A stretch of 64,000 nucleotides of DNA from Wickerhamiella versatilis (Eukaryota). The translations under genes were made by a program, and so were the position numbers. The notes under the pieces are model-generated. The model had not been told where the DNA came from. It did not search any database and was given only the letters and a program-made list of their open reading frames with translations. The stretch is from NCBI GenBank assembly GCA_030867685.1, contig JAQOWU010000008.1:4030001-4094000 (forward strand), in the 5' to 3' direction. Positions 41,315 to 52,700 of this stretch are shown here, piece after piece (position 1 is the first letter of the stretch; the number at the start of each line of letters is the position of its first letter).

Positions 41315-41765
41315 CTTTCAATATTTTTGCTCTAGTTTTGAAATGTTCTTTCAGATGATAGTAAATGGTGCCTATTATAACTTTAGGGTTGTAAATCCTC
41401 TATCGACAAGTTTAGAACTGCGGAAAATTGCTGCTATTATAACTAGCAAAGACACAATTTCTTCGAAACATAATGAGCTTCTATGAATTATAGATATTAA
41501 TGGAATACTATACTTACTGCTACATTGCAGTATTATAATGGCTATAAAACCCCGGCTGTAATATACCTCTAGAAGTTTACAGCAATTATGACCTCGCTAT
41601 GTATAAGGGTCTGTCATAGCGAATTACCTAGAGATTTCAATTTGAAAATATCATAATATACTTGGTAATATTTAAGCATGCAAGATCCAATTCACTTATT
41701 TCTTTGTTTTCCGGCATAAGTTGATTAAACCACCTATACGTAATCAGACAAATTGTGGTTGGTGT

Positions 41766-44700
41766 ATGAAGGGGATCAGTGGCATCTTGGGCCTGCAACT
41801 TTATGTTACACTAAAATTAAGTCAGGTCTTGATGGTTTTACTGGTTGTGCTGTTAGTAGCAGGATGGGTGATCCGATATCGAGCTGTCACCGAGTATGCT
41901 CGGTTACCTCAAGACTTACCAGAAGAGGAAGAGGACCATGACCAATGGCTTGAGGATGAAGCGCTACTCACTGATATGGAGGAAGACTCACCCGAAAAAA
42001 GTGCAGGAGGGTCATACTTTGATGAGTTTCTGAGTGCTATCCGGGTATTTGGATATCTTGATAGAAAGGTTTTCTACGAGCTTACACGCCATATGCGTAC
42101 TGTTCGCTTCGAAAAGGGTGAGTCTGTACGTCTTAAGGATCTGGACGGCTTCGCAGTTGTAATTGATGGGGAAATGGAAGTATTCTGTGAGGATTCCCAG
42201 GGTAACACTATGCTCTTAACTGAAGCCCATAGAGCTGCTCACATATCTTCTCTATCAAGTATTCTTTCCCTATTTACGGATATTGTAGAGCTCCCAGAGA
42301 CCCCAAACTCTGCTGAAAAGTCAGAATTTCGTAAAGTCAATGACTCTGTTGTGACGAGAGCCGCTGAACCCTCTAGTATTGTGGTAATACCGCAATCTGC
42401 ATTTAGGCAGCTTACTCGAAAATACCCTAGCGCTACTGCTCAAATTGTGCAAATCATTTTGTTGAGATGGTCCCAGGTGACTTTTCGCACCTGTCAACGT
42501 TATTTGAATTTAACTCCACAAATATTTGATACAGAGAATATGCTGAACTTGCGTGGAAGCCGCCGAAATGTACCTGATGTAATGCGCGAGGCAGCTATTC
42601 AGCGCTTAAAATCTCTATCCCGTGAGTGCCCAAATGATACCTACCTCGAACTAGATGAACATTCAAAGCGGTTCGACAATCCGTCATATCCAGGAGATCT
42701 TGCGCCGCATAGGAGCGGCGGACTAGATGATAGTCCGCTGCGTCTTGCATTGATTTCCTATATGTTCAGCTTGATGGGCTTTGATTCACGTGTTCAGCCC
42801 GCAAATTCAACAACAGAGGAAAGCAACTTTAGCAGAAATACTTCACCCGAGATGTTTGACAACAGCCAATTGCAATCTAGTCCGTCCCCAATGTCAACTC
42901 CAGCTCCTCTAAGCCGTCGGTCATCCACTGGTGAAAGTGAGGACCTGCGAAAGTCGAGTTCATATGAATCAGTAATTGATGAAGCAAGCAGAAAAGTGGA
43001 ACTCGCTTTTTATCGGGCGGGTCAGCTGGTTAGTGGTGCAGGGAAAAGGACTCGTGGGCTGATTTTTGTATTAGACGGTGAACTTGAAGTTGGCCATGAG
43101 GTCGTGGATAAGCGATATGAATATCTCCGCTCTGTAAAAACTGGAGAAGTAACTGGGTATTTGGAAACTATAAGTTCTTATGCGGCTTTCGTAGATGTAC
43201 GTGCTAAGCAAGACACCTGTGTTGCAATTTTATCGAAGTCAACATTTGAACATTTGGCTGAGAAGTATCCATGGCTATACATTGGCGCTGCAAAATCCTT
43301 GACGACACTTCTAGCACGCCCGATAGTGCAACTTGACTTTGCACTCGAGTGGATTAGCTTAAAGAGTGGTCGAACGGTTTTTAAACAAGGAAGTCAAGCT
43401 GATGCACTCTACTTTGTATTAAATGGCAGGCTACGCGCTCTACGAAATGGTGAACTTGCTGGTGAGTTCGGCCAGGGCTCAACTGTTGGTGAGCTGCAAG
43501 TCTTACTGGGTGACCGGCATACGTCTACCCTAGTTGCAGTAAGAGAAACAGAGGTTGCAAGGTTTCCTCGTTCCCTTATAGAATCGTTATCGCGAGAGTA
43601 TCCCTCGATAACATTTGAAATGTCGCGAATGGTTGCTGCAGGCATTGCAAGAGCTCAAAAAGAACCCACTGCTGAATTTAGAACGATTGCTGTTTTGCCA
43701 ACCAACTCAACTATGCCCGTACATGATTTTGCAGAAAAGTTGGCAGCAGCTTTTCGAGCTACCAGTAAGTCAGTCGCTGTTCTCACTAATGCTACAGCAC
43801 TAACATATTTGGGAAGACTTGCTTTCCACCGCATGGGTGATCTGAAGCTCAAGGCATATTTGGCAGACCTTGAAGACCAAGTTGATATTGTTCTCTACGT
43901 TGCTGATACTGCACCAGCTTCAAAATGGACGCGCACATGTGTATATCAGTCTGATTGTGTTTTATTATTGGCAGATGCTGCCGTAGCTCCATCATTTGGG
44001 GATTATGAACGGCTGATTGTAAAATCTAGGACGACCTCACGAACTCATCTGATTCTATTGCATACAGACAAAAATATTCTGCACGATTCTACTAGAGTCT
44101 GGCTTCGACGCAGGCCTTGGGTAGCAGCACATCATCATATACAACTGCAATGGGAGCGTGGTGAAGTTGTAGAGGTACCAGAAAAACGCCATGGAAGACT
44201 TCGCAAACTGAAGCAGCGGTTTCAGGATAGAATTTTGCAGCATGTATTGGTCCCTATAAGGAAGAAACCCACCATACCGTTGCGAACCCAGGGTCTGAGA
44301 CATAAAAATGACTTCCTGAGACTTGCACGTCTTTTATCTGGTCAAGCAGTAGGTTTGGTACTCGGTGGTGGGGGTGCTCGTGGGCTGTCTCAAGTAGGCG
44401 TGATTCAAGCTCTTGAGGAACTAGGAATTCCTGTTGATATGGTTGGTGGTACCTCAATAGGTTCATTTATTGGTGGCCTTTATTCTCGAGATTATGAGCT
44501 ACTTACCTTGCTAGGTAGAGCTCACATGTTTTCGATGCGTGTATCATCTTTATGGAGAGTCCTCTCGGATGTCACTTATCCAGCCACTGCATGGACCACC
44601 GGTCATGCATTTAACAGGGCAGTATGGAAAGCGTTCGGAGACTCGCGCATAGAAGACTTTTGGCTGAGGTATTTTGTAAATACTACAAACCTCACACATT

Positions 44701-45254
44701 CGAGAATGGAAATCCACCAGCGTGGATACTCATGGCGGTTTATAAGAGCCTCGATGTCATTGGCCGGACTCGTGCCCCCAATCGAATATAATGGCCAGAT
44801 GCTGTTAGATGGCGGTTACGTCGATAATTTACCAGTAGGAGAGATGAAGAAGATGGGAGCGCGTTATATTATCTCTGTTGATGTTGGAGCCGTCGATGAC
44901 ACGACACCTATTAAATACGGTGATACCCTCAGCGGGTTTGGTGCTCTATTTAATAGGTGGAACCCTTTTTCATCCTCGAAGCCGGTTCCTAACATGGCTG
45001 AAATCCAACAGCGACTAACATACGTTTCTAGTGTCAAGGCTCTGGAGGAAGCAAAAACGATGCCTGGTGTAATATACCTCAGACCACCCATAGATCATTA
45101 TGGGACTCTTGAATTCGGAAAATTTGACGATATAGTTTCTGTCGGATACGATTATGCTATCGAAGCACTAAAAGAAAAGATGGATGATGGCGAGCTGCCC
45201 CAGTCCTGGGAAAAAGAAAGACCGAAAGCTACATTCCGGCGCTATAGCGTATGA
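41766..45254 (+). CDS. NTE1: Lysophospholipase Nte1 (cNMP-binding domains + patatin)
   Basis: SYFDEFLSAIRVFGYL, GGGGARG, GTSIG, DGG. First ATG at 41766; the exact start is uncertain. Confidence 0.95.
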   Translation: MKGISGILGLQLYVTLKLSQVLMVLLVVLLVAGWVIRYRAVTEYARLPQDLPEEEEDHDQWLEDEALLTDMEEDSPEKSAGGSYFDEFLSAIRVFGYLDRKVFYELTRHMRTVRFEKGESVRLKDLDGFAVVIDGEMEVFCEDSQGNTMLLTEAHRAAHISSLSSILSLFTDIVELPETPNSAEKSEFRKVNDSVVTRAAEPSSIVVIPQSAFRQLTRKYPSATAQIVQIILLRWSQVTFRTCQRYLNLTPQIFDTENMLNLRGSRRNVPDVMREAAIQRLKSLSRECPNDTYLELDEHSKRFDNPSYPGDLAPHRSGGLDDSPLRLALISYMFSLMGFDSRVQPANSTTEESNFSRNTSPEMFDNSQLQSSPSPMSTPAPLSRRSSTGESEDLRKSSSYESVIDEASRKVELAFYRAGQLVSGAGKRTRGLIFVLDGELEVGHEVVDKRYEYLRSVKTGEVTGYLETISSYAAFVDVRAKQDTCVAILSKSTFEHLAEKYPWLYIGAAKSLTTLLARPIVQLDFALEWISLKSGRTVFKQGSQADALYFVLNGRLRALRNGELAGEFGQGSTVGELQVLLGDRHTSTLVAVRETEVARFPRSLIESLSREYPSITFEMSRMVAAGIARAQKEPTAEFRTIAVLPTNSTMPVHDFAEKLAAAFRATSKSVAVLTNATALTYLGRLAFHRMGDLKLKAYLADLEDQVDIVLYVADTAPASKWTRTCVYQSDCVLLLADAAVAPSFGDYERLIVKSRTTSRTHLILLHTDKNILHDSTRVWLRRRPWVAAHHHIQLQWERGEVVEVPEKRHGRLRKLKQRFQDRILQHVLVPIRKKPTIPLRTQGLRHKNDFLRLARLLSGQAVGLVLGGGGARGLSQVGVIQALEELGIPVDMVGGTSIGSFIGGLYSRDYELLTLLGRAHMFSMRVSSLWRVLSDVTYPATAWTTGHAFNRAVWKAFGDSRIEDFWLRYFVNTTNLTHSRMEIHQRGYSWRFIRASMSLAGLVPPIEYNGQMLLDGGYVDNLPVGEMKKMGARYIISVDVGAVDDTTPIKYGDTLSGFGALFNRWNPFSSSKPVPNMAEIQQRLTYVSSVKALEEAKTMPGVIYLRPPIDHYGTLEFGKFDDIVSVGYDYAIEALKEKMDDGELPQSWEKERPKATFRRYSV

Positions 45255-45581
45255 TAGAGTTTGTTCCATGGTCCAACAAACTCGAAGCAAAAATAAAAAG
45301 TATAATTATCAGTGGTTCCATACACTGCCTAGGTTATGTGGATTTAACCTGAGTTACCTGCATCAATATAACTAAGTCAATTTTATTCCTCTTTCTTACA
45401 CAGAAGAAATTTGGCAAATAATAAATTGTACAAAATTTAGTTAGTGTTTGTATAAGCTCAAATCTGTGGACCTGCGACCAAATATGGTCCAAATTTGAAG
45501 CGATTAAGCTGAAATGCGAATTCGAATTTTTTATCTTGGCATAATGATTCGATCCATTAACTGAGTATGGTTCAGCAATAA

Positions 45582-45821
45582 TTATTGCCTTATCAGTACA
45601 ACAGAATCACCTCGTACAAAAAGCATTGCGCTACTGTTTTTAGTTTGGGAAACGTTACCAGATTCTTCCATGTGGTAAACTGTCTCCTCGGCATCTCCTA
45701 GAACCATATTACAATGCTCATCATATGCGTGTAGAGTTCCTCTCAGCTCTCTGCTGTTCCTGAGCTTGACGATGACAGGCTCGTCAAGCAGAGACCTAAC
45801 CATATCAAGAGGAGTGCTCAT
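45582..45821 (-). CDS. LSM3: Sm-like protein Lsm3
   Basis: PLDMVRSLLDE, LRGTLHAYDEHCNMVLGDAEET, MLFVRGDSVVLI. Confidence 0.93.
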   Translation of the reverse strand: MSTPLDMVRSLLDEPVIVKLRNSRELRGTLHAYDEHCNMVLGDAEETVYHMEESGNVSQTKNSSAMLFVRGDSVVLIRQ

Positions 45822-45869
45822 GGTGTATGAACTTTGTGATTAGTAAGCGAGTATATCATCCTACCTGAA

Positions 45870-46727
45870 ATGCGACGAGGCTTTTCCACATCTCTTGCAG
45901 CATTAAGAAGACACACTAGCGCATCCCCGAACCTGGTGTTACGTCCACCTATCGAACCACGTGCTGCAGATGTTGGGACGCCTGAAAATCATGCCTTATG
46001 GCAGTTTTTTTCAAATGGGAAGTACATGCGTCCTGCAGATGAACTAGAAAACGTTGGTGAACCATGGTCTATACCACAGCTTCGACGCAAAAGTTTCGAA
46101 GACCTTCATACATTATGGTATGTTTGTTTAAAGGAACTCAACCGTGTCCTCCGCGAACTGCGGCTCGTGCAACAGTGGAATTCTCGTCCCCAGCAGGATA
46201 CTGAAGCTGGAGACCAAGGAACTGCATTCGATGAAACAGCAAAAAAGATTCGCACAACTATGTGGCATATTCGTAGTGTTTTGGCAGAACGCTACCATGG
46301 ATGGCGTCGTTCTGAACTTTTGGCGTCAAAAGAATATCCAGGTTTGTTCTCTAAGTTTCGTCAAGAGTATCTGGAGGCAGATTCTAATTCTGACTTTGAG
46401 GTAACTGCACAGCTCGAGCGATTCCAGTATGCATTTTATGGCATTAATCCTCAGCTCGAGGGAAATTTCCCTGAGCCTCGGCTACTGAGAGGCTTGTATG
46501 TTGTTGCCAGGCTCAAGCTCGAACGTTATGCAAATGAACAGGCCCGTCTGAACACAGTAAATAATGTCCGGGAGGCATTTTTGCTTTTTACGGCTGAGCA
46601 TAGCCCCGAAGGCGTTGAGCGCGCAATATCTGATATAGAACAAATCCGTTCTCTCGACACTCAGGAGGGCGAAGAAATGGAAACGCTTGCAGAGCTGATG
46701 AAGAGTTTTCAAAAAATAGAGACTTGA
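45870..46727 (+). CDS. MRPL4: Mitochondrial ribosomal protein uL29m
   Basis: Presequence, HALWQFF, WSIPQLRRKSFEDLHTLWYVCLKELN. Confidence 0.92.
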   Translation: MRRGFSTSLAALRRHTSASPNLVLRPPIEPRAADVGTPENHALWQFFSNGKYMRPADELENVGEPWSIPQLRRKSFEDLHTLWYVCLKELNRVLRELRLVQQWNSRPQQDTEAGDQGTAFDETAKKIRTTMWHIRSVLAERYHGWRRSELLASKEYPGLFSKFRQEYLEADSNSDFEVTAQLERFQYAFYGINPQLEGNFPEPRLLRGLYVVARLKLERYANEQARLNTVNNVREAFLLFTAEHSPEGVERAISDIEQIRSLDTQEGEEMETLAELMKSFQKIET

Positions 46728-47126
46728 AGTTTGTACATATATTTCAGCTAATCTAGCTATAAAAGTACCCAGTATAATCTTGCCTTCGTGGATTTTGATG
46801 GAAACAACGCAAGTATTTCGTCCGCAATCAGTAAATTTATCATATCAATAATAATTTTACGGCCATGAAAGTGCGTTCATCATCAAGTCGCCAACTGAGT
46901 ACATAAATGCGTATAAAACAATAGTATGTCAAAGCAGGTCCCCAAACTCAATTGATTTTAATGCCTATCTACATCCTCGTGACCATACCTATACACATTA
47001 TGTCAGAGTGGGTCTAAAAGTTCCGAAGGAACCACGAAGCAACCACAAATATCTCAAGCAAGATCCAAAAATGAGTTCGCAAGCTTGAAGAAAAGTTAAA
47101 TTAACCATGAAAAATAAATAAATACT

Positions 47127-47618
47127 TTATTCGCGAGGCACTCTAGCATCACGACCACAACGTGGTATAGGTCCCCATCTATAAAACGGATATAGTATGA
47201 AATTTGCTTTTCCCAAGACAAGACCTAGAGAAACTGGACCGAACTCATTACTGTCGACAGAGTGGATGTTGTCACCCTCCACCCATAAGTGGTTTGTAGG
47301 AATTTTCACTTGGTCCCTTGGGTATTGGGATGTTGGTCGTACACCTATTGTATGACCACCAAGACCCAGTACACGTTTTATCATGATTTTCTTTGGGTCC
47401 AAAGGCGAACGTAGGACAACGACGTCTCCTATTGCGAGCGTACCGGACTTTGTCAACCCCCACTTCTGAAGCAATACTAAATCACGCGAACCAAGCGATG
47501 AATCAGGGTTAAGACTAGGCTTCATCGATGCCCCTTGAACCCAGGCTACCTGTGCAACTGTCTGCGTGAAGGTCACGGCCACAGGAACCCAACTTATTGT
47601 CCATAGGATGGCACGCAT
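47127..47618 (-). CDS. IMP2: Mitochondrial inner membrane peptidase subunit Imp2
   Basis: SWVPV, GASMKPSLNP, IKRV, WVEGDN.HSVDSNEFGP. Confidence 0.88.
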   Translation of the reverse strand: MRAILWTISWVPVAVTFTQTVAQVAWVQGASMKPSLNPDSSLGSRDLVLLQKWGLTKSGTLAIGDVVVLRSPLDPKKIMIKRVLGLGGHTIGVRPTSQYPRDQVKIPTNHLWVEGDNIHSVDSNEFGPVSLGLVLGKANFILYPFYRWGPIPRCGRDARVPRE

Positions 47619-47953
47619 ATAGATGACTTAGCTAGTCACTGTCCCACTCTAAGCTGAAATGTGGAGTAAGTGTACTTGTCGCACGAGGCCCTCAGGGCGA
47701 AGCGTGATATTCTCAGAAGCAAGCCACCACTCATATATCATATTAAATAAAAGGCCAATAACTATCGATTTTATATAGGTATATCGTTCGAATATAATGG
47801 CCACATACCACCTATCTTCCCATTGGCAGTGTAAATGACGGGTCAAAGGGTATGCTCTTCAGATTTGACCAATGCAGCCGTATATGAGACAGTCTAGGAA
47901 TATTCTGGATCCGCCCTAACCCACACAGAATACCCTACTCCGGCGCGTAATCA

Positions 47954-47964
47954 GGCAACGTGTC
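47954..47964 (+). promoter_or_regulatory. UPRE-like element (GGCAACGTGTC) upstream of calnexin
   Basis: Contains the Hac1-type core ACGTGTC 17 bp before the CNE1 ATG. Confidence 0.4.
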
Positions 47965-47981
47965 ACTTCACTTCTGCTGTC

Positions 47982-49709
47982 ATGAAGCTACTAACACTAC
48001 TTCTTGTTGAAGCCGTTCTTTGTCAAAATCCGGCAGGAGCGCCACCTAAGCTGGATATTCCTAAAAGACCAGAGCCATCGGATACCATTGAGCATCCTGC
48101 TTTCGAGGCATATCCCGTTTCCCCGGGAGAGTTTGCAGATGCTAGTTTGTTCGAGCAATTTTCGGATGTTGAGGATGCTATTTGGTCTCGTTGGAAGAAA
48201 AGCCATGCTAAAAAGGCTGGTACCGACGAGGAATGGTCTTACGTAGGCGAATGGAGTATTGAAGACCCGAAGGTGTTTCCTGGTTTTAGAGGGGACAAGG
48301 GCTTGGTCCTCAAGAGTGAGGCGGCCCATCACGCTATCAGTAACGTTTTTGATAAGCCTCTTGATAATAAGGGTAAGACGTTGGTTGCGCAATATGAAGT
48401 CAAGCTCGGACAAGCATTAAATTGTGGAGGTGCATACTTAAAGCTTCTAAAATCCACCCCAGAGCTTGGTACGACTGAATTCTCAAATGACACTCCATAC
48501 GTCATAATGTTTGGTCCAGATAGATGCGGTGCGACCGACAAGATCCATCTGATCATCAACCTAGGAGGCGAAGAGCATCATCTGAACCTTCCACCTCGCA
48601 GTGACTTGGCAATGACCTCTACTCTCTATACTCTAATAATCCATGAGGATCAGCACTTTGAAGTTAGAGCCAACGGTGATGTTGTTAAGGCTGGATTGTT
48701 GACTGCGCCAGATGCGTTCACTCCAAGTTTGTTGCCACCGGCTGAGATTGACGATCCCAATGATGTCAAGCCGCAGGATTGGGTTGACGAAAAAGTTATT
48801 CCTGATCCTGAACAGACAGAAAAGCCTGAGGACTGGGATGAGGATGCCCCACTCCGTATTCCTGATCCAGAAGCTGTTATTCCTGAGGACTGGCGTGAAG
48901 ATCTCGAGCCTTTTATTCCTGACCCTACGGCGGTCATGCCAGAAGAATGGGATGAGGATGAAGATGGTGAGTGGATTCCTGCAGAGGTGCCGAACCCCGA
49001 GTGCGAGGGTCTTAGCGGATGCGGCCCTTGGAAAGCTCCTTTGATACACAATCCGGATTATAAGGGTAAGTGGACTCAGCCATTGATCCCCAATCCTGAG
49101 TATAAGGGTGAATGGAAGCCACGCAAGATCCCGAATCCGGATTACAACCCTGATGCTCGGCCATCAGATTTGGAACCTATCGGAGGAATTGGTTTTGAGC
49201 TCTGGACCATGCAGCCAGAAATCCTTTTCGACAACATCTATGTGGGACAATCTATTGAAGAGGCTGAAAATATCGGTAACGCTACTTGGTCTCCTAAGTT
49301 CTACCTTGAGTCTCAAGAGCTTGAGAATAATAGGAATGCAGCCAAGAAAGCTGCTGAAGAACAGATGGGTGAACTGTCTAGTTGGGATGAACTGAAGGCA
49401 GATCCCTTGGGATTCTTGGCTTATCATTACAATGTCTTCCTGAACGATCTGCAGATTGACGCTCGCACAGCATTGGTGCAGCACCCAGTCACTGCTGCAA
49501 CAATTTTTGCTGTTTTGGCTGTAGTAACCTCTGCCCTATTTGGTTTGTTGAATATCCTTATTTCCACGTTTACAGGAAGCAAGCCTACAGAGCCAGAGAA
49601 GGTTACGAAGTCAGCAGAAAAAGAACCTGCCACATCAGTGGATAGTGATAGCACTGCCTCTGCGGTAGCTTCTAAAACAGAAAGTGAGTTGCGAAAGCGA
49701 AAGAATTGA
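47982..49709 (+). CDS. CNE1: Calnexin
   Basis: Signal peptide, CGGAYLKLL, IMFGPDRCG, P-domain repeats (IPDP..KPEDWDE; GEW...IPNP), C-terminal TM helix. Confidence 0.96.
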   Translation: MKLLTLLLVEAVLCQNPAGAPPKLDIPKRPEPSDTIEHPAFEAYPVSPGEFADASLFEQFSDVEDAIWSRWKKSHAKKAGTDEEWSYVGEWSIEDPKVFPGFRGDKGLVLKSEAAHHAISNVFDKPLDNKGKTLVAQYEVKLGQALNCGGAYLKLLKSTPELGTTEFSNDTPYVIMFGPDRCGATDKIHLIINLGGEEHHLNLPPRSDLAMTSTLYTLIIHEDQHFEVRANGDVVKAGLLTAPDAFTPSLLPPAEIDDPNDVKPQDWVDEKVIPDPEQTEKPEDWDEDAPLRIPDPEAVIPEDWREDLEPFIPDPTAVMPEEWDEDEDGEWIPAEVPNPECEGLSGCGPWKAPLIHNPDYKGKWTQPLIPNPEYKGEWKPRKIPNPDYNPDARPSDLEPIGGIGFELWTMQPEILFDNIYVGQSIEEAENIGNATWSPKFYLESQELENNRNAAKKAAEEQMGELSSWDELKADPLGFLAYHYNVFLNDLQIDARTALVQHPVTAATIFAVLAVVTSALFGLLNILISTFTGSKPTEPEKVTKSAEKEPATSVDSDSTASAVASKTESELRKRKN

Positions 49710-49743
49710 TTAGATGAATAAAATAGCCTAGCACAAAAATTCT

Positions 49744-52700
49744 TTAAGTTTCGAGGGCCTGAAGACGCACGAGTTCAGCGTAACGGCCATTCAAGGACAT
49801 TAGTTTTGGATGGTTTCCTTGCTCAACGATACATCCATGTTCGAAGACATATATAATATCTGCTTTTTGAATAGTGGAGAGTCTATGTGCAATTGCAATT
49901 GTTGTGCGGCCGCGAGCTGCCTCATCCAAGGCCACTTGAACTACGCGCTCCGAATCACTATCAAGTGCTGAAGTCGCTTCATCCAACAATAATATTTTGG
50001 GGTTTCTGATCAGTGCGCGCGCAATGGCTACTCTCTGTTTTTGCCCGCCGCTCAAAAGACCTCCCTGAGAGCCCGACTCTGTATCATAACCATCAGGTAG
50101 ACCAGAGATAAAATCGTGTATATTTGCTTTGCGTGCAGCAATTTCAATCATTTGGTCAGTGACTTCACTTGGATCGCCCGGCCAACCCATTTGGATATTT
50201 TCCCTTAGAGTGCCGGAGTAGAGTGTGGGTTCTTGTTGCACCAGTGAAATAAAAGAGCGCAAAGTTTCAAGATTATAGTCCTCAATGTTGATTCCATCGA
50301 TTTGAATTTTGCCAAACTGTGGATTGTAGAATCTTTCCAAAAGGCCTATGGTGGTAGACTTGCCGCATCCCGACGGACCAACTAACGCGACATATTGTCC
50401 TTGTGTTATATGGAGATCTAGTCCGCGTAGAACAGGAACCTGTGGACGTGTTGGATATCTGAATTTCACATTATTAAAGTCAACATTTCCCTCTATTGTA
50501 CCTTCTTTCGGCCGGTATCCCTTATTATCCCAAACATCAATATTAGGTTTGGCACTAAAAATGCGATAGCAGGATTCCGCAGCCGCTTGTGCTTTTGTGA
50601 AATCGGGGGCATAGCTAAATATACGGCCCGCAGATTGGGCACCAAGAACAATGGACATAAATACTGTGTAGAAACCAATCAACGATGACTTACCCTCTCG
50701 CATACAGGTGGATCCCCACCAAAATACCAATGCCATGACCCACGGAATAAGCCCCTCTGCTAAGCCGAACATTACTGCTGAGCGGAGATTTGCCATATTA
50801 CTGCTTTGAACTTGTTTGTCAACCTCCAGTGCATATTTATCAACGACATCATCTTCACGAGTAAGACTCTGTACTGTGCGTACAGCAGAGGCATACTGAG
50901 ATGCTAGTGCTCCGCTATCTTCGTAAACCTTCCTTGCTCGTTCGTGTAAAGATCTTAAGACATGAATTCTGAAAAACCCACATCCCATAACAATAGGCAC
51001 AGTTGCCATTGCAACAAGACCAATACGCCAATTAAAGGGAATTCCTGTAACGATACCACCAATTAAAACAGTGAAACTTTGCAGTATTTGACCCAAGGTA
51101 GCGCCACCTAGACCATCTATTGCCTTAGCCTCTTTGGCAAGAATTGAAGTAAGAGCCCCCGGTGTATTTCCAGGAAAATCAAAAAAAGCCGTATCCAGAC
51201 GGAGTATTTGTCGAAATAAGCCTATCCTTATAGCTCTCACAAGTCGGTTCGACGCAGCGCTAAGTGATATACACATAGCTGCTGCGGAAAAGAGAGACAT
51301 CATTCCAATAAAAAAAAGCCATCCACTGTACACATTTATTGAATGTCTCATTTGTGTCCCCTTCTCTTCAATAATTGATTGGATAGAGAATGCGGCCACC
51401 ATTCCTAAAGATGGATAACAGTATCCTAATATTACTGCAGAAGCTGTGCCTCCACAAATTAACCAGATCTCGCTGCGATTCAGCGCCCATAGCATTTTCA
51501 GATACCTGAAAAGCCCTTTATTAACAGGAGATTCTATTCCAGGGATGATTTCGTGTGCAAAATCGATTTGCTCCTCTTCAACGTCCACTTTATCCTCTTT
51601 AATACTGAGTTCATTATTCGATGAGTTGCTCTCTATTTCTGCATCATCACCAAGCTCGGCTTTTATGCGCTGGGCTCTTACAAGATCCGAATAAGTACCT
51701 CCTGACGCCAATAATTCTGCATGTGTTCCCTGTTCTAAGATCTTCCCATGGGACATTACCACAATTTTGTGGGCATTCTTTATAGTAGAAAGTCTGTGGG
51801 CGATAACAATGGTCGTACGGTTGATTGCTGCTCGGTCAAGTGCCTCTTGAACTATTCCCTCGCTTTTAGTGTCTAGAGCCGAAGTTGCTTCATCAAGTAA
51901 AAGTATTGGTGGGTTTCCAACGATGGCGCGTGCAATAGCAATACGTTGCTTCTGTCCACCACTTAAGAGAAATCCTCTGTCACCAACATTCGTGTCTAGC
52001 TTTTCAGTGAGAGCCTGGACAAAATCCCAGGCATTCGCAAGTTTGCAAGCCTCTTCGACCCTCTGAATTTTAACTTCGGGAGACGAATTCTCATATTCAG
52101 TGCCAATTAATCCGTATGCAATATTATCAAAAATAGTTTCAGCAAAAAGAGTAGGCTCTTGAGGTACATAGCCTATACGTTGACGTAGCCATTTCACATC
52201 AAATTTCTCAATATCATGACCATCCAGGGTTATTGAACCACTCAATGGCAAGTAAAAGCGCTCAATCAGGCCGACAATTGTAGACTTACCTGATCCTGAC
52301 AAGCCTACCAGTGCTACAGTCTGACCTGCAGGAATATCAAGAGAAAAATCTGGCAAAACCATAACGCCAGGTCTTGAAGGATATTTGAATGTGACATCGC
52401 GTAGTTTGATTTCGCCTTTAACTTTCTCCAGTCTTATCCCATTTGTCGACCGGCTATTCACCACTGGAACGCGATCTATAGCCTCATTCAAACTTTTAGC
52501 TGCTGCCATTCCTTGAACAATGAACCTAATATTGGGGGCGCAATGACCCAACTGAAAACTTCCAATGAGCATAGACATTACGACGGTTATAACATGTCCG
52601 ATAGAAGTCTCGCCCCGAACAATTAGTCTGGAACCTTCCCACAAACCAAGTGCATACGTGTAAAAAAATGCAGCCCAAATACAGGCAAGCATGATACCTT

